Source: a virus
Taxonomy: Duplodnaviria; Heunggongvirae; Uroviricota; Caudoviricetes
Virus record (IMG/VR): IMGVR_UViG_3300034019_002140
DNA length: 16,947 nt
Strand: one strand, 5' to 3'
The notes under the pieces are model-generated. The model saw nothing but the letters and a program-made list of their open reading frames with translations. It did no database searches and had not been told where the DNA came from. The position numbers and the translations under genes are program-made. Positions 1-6,711 of this stretch are shown here, in pieces. How positions within the stretch are numbered: position 1 is the stretch's first letter; every line of letters starts with the position of its first letter.

Positions 1-1011
1 AGCTCAGGTTCTTCAGGAACAAGCGGAAGCTCAGGTAGCTCAGGAACGTCTGGTTCATCTGGTACGAGCGGTTCATCAGGAACATCTGGCTCATCAGGTT
101 CATCAGGAACATCTGGCTCTTCTGGCTCAAGTGGAACATCAGGTAGCTCAGGTTCAAGTGGAACATCAGGTAGCTCAGGTTCAAGTGGAACATCTGGTTC
201 ATCTGGAACAAGTGGTAGCTCAGGTTCTTCAGGAACAAGCGGAAGCTCAGGAACCTCTGGTTCATCGGGTACTAGTGGAGTTAGTGGAGCAAGTGGAACA
301 TCAGGTTCATCAGGAACAAGTGGCTCGAGTGGTACATCTGGTTCTTCAGGAACATCTGGTTCGAGTGGTTTATCAGGTACGAGCGGTAGCTCAGGAACGT
401 CTGGTTCATCAGGAACCTCAGGTAGCTCAGGAACGTCTGGTTCATCAGGAACCTCAGGTAGCTCAGGAACGTCTGGTTCATCTGGTACGAGCGGTAGCTC
501 AGGTACATCAGGAACTGCAACAATCAATAACAACACAAACAACTACATTCTTACCGCAACAGGAACTGCTGGTGTCATAAATGGTGAACAAAACTTTACG
601 TTTGATGGTACAAACGCTGTAATGGGATTACAGACAGAAGCAACATTCACTTTGTATGGAGACTTTACAGCGTCTTCTAAATCATTCGACATTCCTCACC
701 CAACAAAATCTGGAATGAGGTTGAGATACGGTGTGTTGGAAGGTCCTGAACATGGTGTATATGTCAGAGGTGTTGTAACTTCAAATGTAATTGAATTACC
801 AGATTATTGGACCGAGTTAGTTGATTCAAATAGTATAACGGTTCAGTTTACATCAATCGGAGAACCAAACACTCACTTTGTTGTTAAAATTGAAGATAAT
901 AAAGTTTATGTTGATTCAGAAAAAGGAAATATAAACGCTTACTTCTTCATACAAGCTGAACGTAAAGACGTAAATCCACCACTACTCGAATACATTCCAA
1001 CGAAACCTTAA
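1..1011 (+). CDS. 5'-truncated collagen-like (X-Ser-Gly)n virion fibre/appendage protein with C-terminal putative intramolecular-chaperone (Peptidase_S74-like) domain
   Basis: Frame 1 is open from base 1 to TAA at 1009-1011; track ORF 622..1011 is only its tail. Translation: SSGSSGTSG...(1-513), then TATINNNTNNYILTATGTAGVINGEQNFTFDG, then SKSFDIPHPTK..LRYGVLEGPEHGVYVRG..IELPDYW..AERKD, a C-terminal signature I recognise from phage fibre proteins. The chaperone assignment is inference. Confidence 0.85.
   Translation, partial: SSGSSGTSGSSGSSGTSGSSGTSGSSGTSGSSGSSGTSGSSGSSGTSGSSGSSGTSGSSGSSGTSGSSGTSGSSGSSGTSGSSGTSGSSGTSGVSGASGTSGSSGTSGSSGTSGSSGTSGSSGLSGTSGSSGTSGSSGTSGSSGTSGSSGTSGSSGTSGSSGTSGSSGTSGTATINNNTNNYILTATGTAGVINGEQNFTFDGTNAVMGLQTEATFTLYGDFTASSKSFDIPHPTKSGMRLRYGVLEGPEHGVYVRGVVTSNVIELPDYWTELVDSNSITVQFTSIGEPNTHFVVKIEDNKVYVDSEKGNINAYFFIQAERKDVNPPLLEYIPTKP
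127..194 (+). repeat. Exact 27-bp tandem repeat, ~2.5 copies
   Basis: tcaagtggaacatcaggtagctcaggt at 127-153 and 154-180, partial copy from 181. Confidence 0.9.
385..482 (+). repeat. Exact 36-bp tandem repeat, ~2.7 copies
   Basis: ggtagctcaggaacgtctggttcatcaggaacctca at 385-420 and 421-456, partial copy at 457-482. Confidence 0.9.
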
Positions 1012-1021
1012 AAATAAATTC

Positions 1022-1052
1022 AAGGAGAGAAGAAATTCTCTCCTTTTTTTTT
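1022..1052 (+). terminator. Rho-independent terminator after the fibre gene
   Basis: Perfect 10-bp stem AAGGAGAGAA (1022-1031) / TTCTCTCCTT (1036-1045), GAAA tetraloop, T9 tract at 1044-1052, 10 nt after the stop codon. Confidence 0.9.
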
Positions 1053-1080
1053 ATTTAATTGTTATATTAAAAGAAAAAAC

Positions 1081-1467
1081 ATGAGGAAACCTTCAGTTGT
1101 AAATGTTCATGAGTGTCCCGAATGCAAAATACCAAAGGGTTGGGGGCATGAAATTATTATAATAAATGACCCACTTTATTGTGGTAAAGTTTTAGTATTC
1201 AAAAAGGGTGCAAAGTTCTCTATGCATTATCATATGATTAAAGACGAAACTTGGTATGTAAATTCAGGTGAGTTTATTTATAGATGGATTGATGTGGAAA
1301 CCGCAGATACTATGGAAACAATACTAAAACCTGGTGATACTGTTAGACAATTACCTGGTCAACCACATCAATTAGAAGCTATCACTGATGGCGAAGTATT
1401 TGAAGTATCAACTCAACATTTTGATTCAGATTCATATAGAGTATGGAAAGGGGACAGCCAAAAATAA
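1081..1467 (+). CDS. Single-domain metal-binding cupin, sugar(-phosphate) isomerase/epimerase-like
   Basis: Cupin motif 1 SMHYH-x3-DETWYVNSG and motif 2 GDTVRQLPGQPHQL (His/His/Glu/His ligands intact); N-terminal KGWG resembles the KPWG of PMI-type cupins; first gene of the heptose module. Confidence 0.8.
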   Translation: MRKPSVVNVHECPECKIPKGWGHEIIIINDPLYCGKVLVFKKGAKFSMHYHMIKDETWYVNSGEFIYRWIDVETADTMETILKPGDTVRQLPGQPHQLEAITDGEVFEVSTQHFDSDSYRVWKGDSQK

Positions 1468-1748
1468 TATACGTAGATATAGATGGGACTATTTGTAGTT
1501 TAGTCAAAGATTATAACGAAGCGGAACCATTCCCTCATCATATTGATAAAATAAATAAATTGTATGATGAAGGTCACACGATTGTTTATTATACTGCAAG
1601 AGGGCAGAAAACAAAACGTGATTGGAGTGAACTGACATTCAAACAATTGAATGAGTGGGGTTGTAAGTTTCACGAATTAAAAATGAACCACAAACCCCAT
1701 TATGATTTGATAATTTGTGACAAATCAAAAAGAATTGAAGAATTATGA
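1443..1748 (+). CDS. Small HAD-superfamily phosphatase (capsule-biosynthesis phosphatase, BcbF/EcbF-like)
   Basis: Motif I IYVDIDGTIC, motif II YYTARG, C-terminal KPHYDLIICDK. The ATG overlaps the cupin gene by 25 nt, so the exact start is uncertain. Confidence 0.8.
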   Translation: MERGQPKIIYVDIDGTICSLVKDYNEAEPFPHHIDKINKLYDEGHTIVYYTARGQKTKRDWSELTFKQLNEWGCKFHELKMNHKPHYDLIICDKSKRIEEL

Positions 1749-2134
1749 AAGTTTGGGTAAATGGTACATTTGACATATTACACATAGGTCATATAAAACT
1801 TTTGGAATTTGCATCTCAATTTGGTTATTTAAGAGTAGGAATAGACACAGATAAAAGAGTTAAAGAATTGAAAGGGGAAGACAGACCCTTCAACACTCAA
1901 GATGATAGAAAAAAAATGCTAGAATCCATAAAATTTGTTGATGAAGTGGTGTTATTCGATTCAAGAGAAGAACTCATCGAAAACGTAAAAAACTTCTCAC
2001 CTGACATTATGGTCATCGGTGATGATTATAAAGAACAAATAGTGTACGGAAGTGAACACGCAAAAAAACTTGTTTTCTTTGAAAAAATACCAAACTATAG
2101 TTCAACAAAAATTTTAAATTATTATAAAAAATGA
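1745..2134 (+). CDS. hldC: D-glycero-beta-D-manno-heptose 1-phosphate nucleotidyl(adenylyl)transferase, RfaE domain II/HldC-like
   Basis: HIGH motif NGTFDILHIGH, GIDTDKRVKELKGEDRP (cf. GLNSDxSVxRLKGxxRP of HldC), GDDY, C-terminal SSTKI; adjacent to an HldA-like kinase. Confidence 0.8.
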   Translation: MKVWVNGTFDILHIGHIKLLEFASQFGYLRVGIDTDKRVKELKGEDRPFNTQDDRKKMLESIKFVDEVVLFDSREELIENVKNFSPDIMVIGDDYKEQIVYGSEHAKKLVFFEKIPNYSSTKILNYYKK

Positions 2135-2871
2135 TAAAAATACTTGTTGTTGGAGAACTTTGTGAAGATAATTTCATATACGGAGAGTGTAAAAGACTTT
2201 GTCCTGAAGCTCCAGTTCCTGTAATGAATCCTGTACAAACCATACAAAATCCTGGAATGTCAGGTAATGTTGTGGAGAACCTCAAGGCTCTTGAGCAAGA
2301 TTGTAGTATTGAGCATTGGTATCAAAGTGAAAGAGTATTCAAAACTAGATTTGTTGATAGAAAAACTAATCACATGTTTTTGAGATTGGATGACGGTGAG
2401 TCATATATTTCACCTATGACCCATTCACAGGAAAGATTGTCTAGTATAAAAAATTTCGATATTGTTATTGTATCTGATTATAATAAAGGTTTTTTAGATG
2501 ATGAATGGTTAAAATATTTGGGGAAATTCTCCAAACTTTCCATTCTCGACTCCAAAAGAAAACTAAATAGAGAAATAGTCGATTCATTTACGTTTGTAAA
2601 GTTGAATGAAAAAGAGGCTAATAACAATTTAGATTTACAAAATTGTAAAAACATAATAGTCACTTTAGGGGAAAAAGGTGCTAAGTATGACGGTACCATT
2701 TATAAAAGCCCCAAACCACAAGAAACGATAGATGTCAGTGGAGCTGGTGATACATTCACTACTGCCTTTATATTGGCTTATTTCAAAACAAAAGACATTG
2801 AAGAGTCAATAATCTATGCTAATGAAAAATCTTCGATAGTGGTTTCTAAAAGAGGAGTAGCAACCCCTTAA
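2131..2871 (+). CDS. hldA: D-glycero-beta-D-manno-heptose 7-phosphate kinase, RfaE domain I/HldA-like (PfkB family), compact 246 aa
   Basis: HldA-specific RLCPEAPVPV (cf. RISPEAPVPV), GMSGNV, KTRF, SDYNKG, VTLGEKG, and the PfkB anion-hole motif DVSGAGDTF. Confidence 0.85.
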   Translation: MIKILVVGELCEDNFIYGECKRLCPEAPVPVMNPVQTIQNPGMSGNVVENLKALEQDCSIEHWYQSERVFKTRFVDRKTNHMFLRLDDGESYISPMTHSQERLSSIKNFDIVIVSDYNKGFLDDEWLKYLGKFSKLSILDSKRKLNREIVDSFTFVKLNEKEANNNLDLQNCKNIIVTLGEKGAKYDGTIYKSPKPQETIDVSGAGDTFTTAFILAYFKTKDIEESIIYANEKSSIVVSKRGVATP

Positions 2872-3500
2872 TATTTATAAAAATTTTCTTGATGTCTTCG
2901 ATAATAGAGGAGACCCTCTTCCACATGACTTAAAGTCGCACCTCTTTTTATCATTTTTTCCCATAGATTCAGGTCCTCATCTGTCCTTATACTTGTAAAA
3001 TTATTTGCATAACCACCACTTTCTAATGCAAGTTTTGTGTTATATAACATAGACCCATGATGTTTGAATTTTCTGGACCAATAAAAATCACCCATAGTTT
3101 TAGTTATTTCATTTGGGTAAGTAGTAATTATTTCATGTCTTAGTGTTCCTGTAACTATAACATCAAAAGTTACAATATCGGTGTGAGGTTTCATATAAGT
3201 TAAACGCTCTAGTGTATCTGCACGCAACCAATTATCCGCACCTAAAAACATTACGAAATCAGTATCTACTTTTTGGAGCATATCTTGGAAATTTTTGACA
3301 ACCCCATAATTTTCTTTCCTGAAAACAAAATGTATTGTAGGATATAATTTTTCAAGAAAATAACAATCACCTACACCATCGTCTACAAACCATATTTTGT
3401 CAAATTTTTTTGTTTGACATAGAACTGATTCTATGCAATGGGATGCTAAGTGACCATATTTGTATGAACTAATAACTAAACCGTAAGTTTTATTTTTCAT
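2868..3500 (-). CDS. GT2-family (GT-A fold) glycosyltransferase
   Basis: ISSYKYGHLASHCIESVLCQT, FVDDG, FVMFLGADNWL (degenerate DxD), TDEDLNLW, YYRRH. Confidence 0.85.
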   Translation of the reverse strand: MKNKTYGLVISSYKYGHLASHCIESVLCQTKKFDKIWFVDDGVGDCYFLEKLYPTIHFVFRKENYGVVKNFQDMLQKVDTDFVMFLGADNWLRADTLERLTYMKPHTDIVTFDVIVTGTLRHEIITTYPNEITKTMGDFYWSRKFKHHGSMLYNTKLALESGGYANNFTSIRTDEDLNLWEKMIKRGATLSHVEEGLLYYRRHQENFYKY

Positions 3501-4380
3501 AATTTAACCAATTATTTATTTTATCCATCACCATTTGTGGTGTTATTGATGTGTGACATTCAAACTGTCTCTCAGTACCTTTATGTTTGGGACACCAATA
3601 CCAGTCTTCATTGTCAAAATATAGTCCCTTTCCGACCTGATTCCAACATCCATGACAAACAGATTTATTTGTAATTCTAACGTAATCATTTGTTGATAAA
3701 TCAAATTCATGTGATTCTTCGGTGAAATTAGAAATCATACAAACCTTTTTTCCCATGGCATGAGCCAACCATGAAAGTCCTGAAGAAAGTCCAATAAAAA
3801 ACTCTGAGTGGTGAATGTAATTCATAGTATCCAAAAGGGATATACCAAAAACTTTTTGGGCTTTTGTTGGCATTCCATTTCTGAATGGAGGTAGTCCGAA
3901 CATTTCATCCCTTTCAATTATTACAGGGGTATATCCCTTTTTTCTTATCATACCTGAAAGTTCGGACCAATTTGGTGATAATGGTTGAACAGAGATACCA
4001 TCTTTATGATTCCAATATTTTAACTGTGATGTTGAGTGTATACTCATGGAAACATATTTATTTTTTATTGGTCTATCAGATGTGAATGAATCAACTTTTG
4101 GTCTAATATATGACCAATCTATAAATCCGAGTTGATTGGCGTATCCTGTTTGTAATGGTTTAGTGTGGTTATAGACCAAATCAATTTTTTTATCAAAATT
4201 CATATCCTCCGAAAAATATTTTATTTTCGGAAAAGAATTTCTAAATAAAAATTCGAAGTTTTTGTTTATTTGTAACAAAACATTATCACTACTTCGCTCA
4301 ATGAAATAATCAACACATGGCATGATGGCGATTGTATCTCCTAATGAGTTTGAAAGTAGTTTAATCAAGATTGTTTTCAT
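3490..4380 (-). CDS. aah: Aah/TibC-family (autotransporter strand-loop-strand) O-heptosyltransferase, catalytic part only
   Basis: SLGDTIA catalytic-Asp motif, HSTSQLKYWN, FFIGLSSGLSWLAHA, ISNFT..HEF, and the Fe-binding Cys4 segment VCHGCWN..FDNEDWYWCPKHKGTERQFECHTSITP (Cys codons at 3657, 3648, 3594, 3558). The symbol is family-level only. Confidence 0.85.
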   Translation of the reverse strand: MKTILIKLLSNSLGDTIAIMPCVDYFIERSSDNVLLQINKNFEFLFRNSFPKIKYFSEDMNFDKKIDLVYNHTKPLQTGYANQLGFIDWSYIRPKVDSFTSDRPIKNKYVSMSIHSTSQLKYWNHKDGISVQPLSPNWSELSGMIRKKGYTPVIIERDEMFGLPPFRNGMPTKAQKVFGISLLDTMNYIHHSEFFIGLSSGLSWLAHAMGKKVCMISNFTEESHEFDLSTNDYVRITNKSVCHGCWNQVGKGLYFDNEDWYWCPKHKGTERQFECHTSITPQMVMDKINNWLNYEK

Positions 4381-6659
4381 AATTCTAAACTTTGGAAAAC
4401 TTGTAATGGTGTTATTGACCTTTGACAGATGTGCTGTTTTTTAGTTCCCTTATAGACGGGACACCAATCCCAATCTCCAGCATCAAAAACAAATACTTCA
4501 TCATTCCAACAAAATATACAAACGTTGTTTTGAATACGTGTTATTTTACTTGTGAATTCATGACCAGGTTTAGAAAAACCATTTATCATGTAAGTATGTT
4601 TACCCAAACCCCAATTCAACCAAGAAAGTCCTGAACCTAACCCTATGAATGCTTTTGCATGATATAAGTAATTTGCAACCACATTCAAACTTTCACCCCA
4701 AATATTTGTCGTACCTTCAATCATGAAAGGGTTTTTTGTTATGATAACAACTTCATATCCTATTTCTTGCAACAATTTTGATAAGGTTACCCAACTATTA
4801 TAGTCCCATTCTTTACAACCTGAAGTTGCGTTTGGTCCAAATACAACATAATCTTTATCTAATGGAGAATCACCTTTTTTGAAATCTAAACCTAAGTTCA
4901 ATTCTTGAAAATCTAATCCCAAAATGTCTGAGGATGTCTGTTGTATTGGGATTAAATTTACTTGATTTGGGTATTTGTCAAAAACTTCCCATTTATTATT
5001 TTCTTTGAACCAGCCAATCCTGTATATTGCATGACACGTATGAGAAACACCTGGTTTAATAAATTTGATATTTTCGTATGTCTTTAAATTTTGGAAAAAC
5101 TCATTATGAAAGGTTGCCATAATAACTTTACATTTATGTTTTTCTGCAAATTTTACGGCATATGGTGTCCAAGCTATTGTGTCACCAAGAGAACTTGACT
5201 CCAAGGTTATCATCACTTCTTTACCCTCTAAGTCTAACTTATCGAATAATTTTCCATTTATCTTTATTTCCCATGGAATGTAATATTTTTTTCCGCAAGC
5301 GGTCCACATGTTATTACTTATTGTTTGTGAATGTATAACTTCTCCTGTATCCGAATTTATAAATTCAACAAGATAATTTTCCTTATCGTCTCCCAAAACC
5401 TCAACTCTCGGACCATCTAAATATGAAACAATAATTTCATTTTTTTTCTTTGGTTTGGGGGGTAATGATTTATGTCTTTTCAAAAAATCTTTGATTGTAT
5501 CTAACCCAATCTTAGCAACATTTTCCCAATTGAAATCTTTTCTAATTTTTTCGGAATCAATCAACGCAGTTTTTTTAATGGATTCGTAATTTTCGTAGGC
5601 GTATTTCATTACTCTCGATAAATCCTCAAAATCAGGTTCATAGTAATTCCCAACATTGTCGTTAAAATGGTTGTAAGTACTTGCACTTACAGGTAGCTCG
5701 TGTGATATTTTTACAGGAAGACCTTTGTTTTTTGCAAATTCTAACTGACCTGAACAGTTCGAATATATTGATGGTGTACCACAAGCCATAGATTCAATTA
5801 GAGGAAGGTTCCAACCTTCAGACCTCGCACATGAAACAAATACACTACATGATTTTAGAAGTTTGATGTACTCTTCTCTTGGTGGAAAATGTAAAATTTT
5901 TATTCTTTCATCTTCAAGTTCATAATGTTTCAATCTTTCTTCAGTGGAGCTCAATCCATCGTTGGAAAAAGGATTATCTACTGATATTATCAATTCAACA
6001 TTTACAGTTTTATCAAACGTTTTTATAAATGTTTCGATAATTTCCTTTATCGATTTCCTGTAGTCCCAACGACCGGCTAAGAAGAATGTAAATTTTCCTT
6101 CGGTCAAAGGGTGTTTTGCATTCTTATCGGGATAAAAAGTTTTGATGTCTACACCTTCAGGGACAACTTTTATTTTATCTGAGGGATATCCTTGTTTCAC
6201 AGTACAATCTTTCTGCCATTCAGAAGGAACCCACAATTCGTCAAACTCTAATAATTTATTAAAATAACCCTGTGGTTGTAGTGTAGACTCCCAAACATTA
6301 TATGCAATCTTTGGACCCTCGTATTCATCATAAAAAAGATTATGATTAGTTTCACACAAAACTATGTTCAAGTCCTGTTCGAACTCTTTGGATTCATCAG
6401 GATAGATTTTATAATTACTTCTTTTACCTCTAGCGGCATCATCCCAAAGTACTTGTTCATATAATAATTCTCTATCTGTTTGGTTGAAATATGGTTCTTC
6501 ATTGTGAGGTTCTAAGTTGTAACCTTTCCAAGAGTTTCCAACGGTAAAATTTCGGAACTTTATTTTGGCATGTTTTGATAAATGTCTAAAAAAATCCCTC
6601 GTGTGTTGATTATAACCTGTATTTCCAACGTAGGAACCGTGTGCATATATTTTAATCAT
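4377..6659 (-). CDS. Fusion: N-terminal GT4 glycosyltransferase + complete Aah/TibC-family O-heptosyltransferase
   Basis: GT4 part (~5480-6659): WVPSEW, VVPEGVD, ARSEGWNLPLIESMACGTPSIYSN. Basic linker PPKPKKK. Then beta-rich module IIVSYLDGPRVEV (~5441-5230), SLGDTIAWTPYAVKF, FIGLGSGLSWL and Cys4 motif C-x2-C-x15-C-x11-C (Cys codons at 4520, 4511, 4463, 4427). Confidence 0.88.
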   Translation of the reverse strand: MIKIYAHGSYVGNTGYNQHTRDFFRHLSKHAKIKFRNFTVGNSWKGYNLEPHNEEPYFNQTDRELLYEQVLWDDAARGKRSNYKIYPDESKEFEQDLNIVLCETNHNLFYDEYEGPKIAYNVWESTLQPQGYFNKLLEFDELWVPSEWQKDCTVKQGYPSDKIKVVPEGVDIKTFYPDKNAKHPLTEGKFTFFLAGRWDYRKSIKEIIETFIKTFDKTVNVELIISVDNPFSNDGLSSTEERLKHYELEDERIKILHFPPREEYIKLLKSCSVFVSCARSEGWNLPLIESMACGTPSIYSNCSGQLEFAKNKGLPVKISHELPVSASTYNHFNDNVGNYYEPDFEDLSRVMKYAYENYESIKKTALIDSEKIRKDFNWENVAKIGLDTIKDFLKRHKSLPPKPKKKNEIIVSYLDGPRVEVLGDDKENYLVEFINSDTGEVIHSQTISNNMWTACGKKYYIPWEIKINGKLFDKLDLEGKEVMITLESSSLGDTIAWTPYAVKFAEKHKCKVIMATFHNEFFQNLKTYENIKFIKPGVSHTCHAIYRIGWFKENNKWEVFDKYPNQVNLIPIQQTSSDILGLDFQELNLGLDFKKGDSPLDKDYVVFGPNATSGCKEWDYNSWVTLSKLLQEIGYEVVIITKNPFMIEGTTNIWGESLNVVANYLYHAKAFIGLGSGLSWLNWGLGKHTYMINGFSKPGHEFTSKITRIQNNVCIFCWNDEVFVFDAGDWDWCPVYKGTKKQHICQRSITPLQVFQSLEL

Positions 6660-6711
6660 TAGGACAAATTTTATTGAAATATAGTTAAATTCAAACTATA
6701 ATTAAAGTAGA
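6660..6711. promoter_or_regulatory. 52-bp divergent promoter region with a central inverted repeat
   Basis: Plus strand: TTGAAA (6674-6679)-17 bp-TATAAT (6697-6702), 9 nt before ATG 6712. Minus strand: TTTG (6695-6692)-19 bp-AAAATTTG (6672-6665), one mismatch from the Bacteroidota TAnnTTTG -7 box, 5 nt before ATG 6659. Inverted repeat TATAGTT (6680-6686)/AACTATA (6694-6700). AT richness raises the chance of coincidental matches. Confidence 0.55.

Larger units (their letters stand above)
1..513 (+). repeat. 57 consecutive X-Ser-Gly triplets (coding, 9-bp periodicity)
   Basis: Read codon by codon: Gly at every third residue and Ser before every Gly; X is Ser/Thr in 54 triplets and Val, Ala, Leu once each. 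Confidence 0.95.

Noticed and set aside
1-513. CRISPR-like array in the short periodic repeats (also 15302-16947)
   Set aside because: No constant repeat with unique spacers; periodicity is codon-based and no cas genes are present.
131-580. Track ORFs 131..580 (+, Q/V/E/H-rich) and 281..523 (-)
   Set aside because: Off-frame and antisense shadows of the XSG repeat; frame 1 is the coherent frame continuous with the C-terminal domain.
1745-2134. Alternative call as glycerol-3-phosphate cytidylyltransferase (TagD)
   Set aside because: The LKG..RP segment and direct coupling to an HldA-type kinase favour HldC; nucleotide specificity remains untested.
5440-5462. T8 and G6 homopolymers at the GT4/heptosyltransferase junction (coding strand includes A AAA AAT) as a phase-variation or frameshift switch
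   Set aside because: The tracts are short, A/T runs of 7-9 are common in this window (e.g. A9 at 10282-10290), the ORF is intact and I see no stimulatory structure. Revisit only if reads show indels here.
2868-6711. Minus-strand GT block as an invertible cassette
   Set aside because: Only a ~9-bp all-A/T inverted match near the ends, no recombinase in the window, and the left boundary lies within interlocked stop codons.
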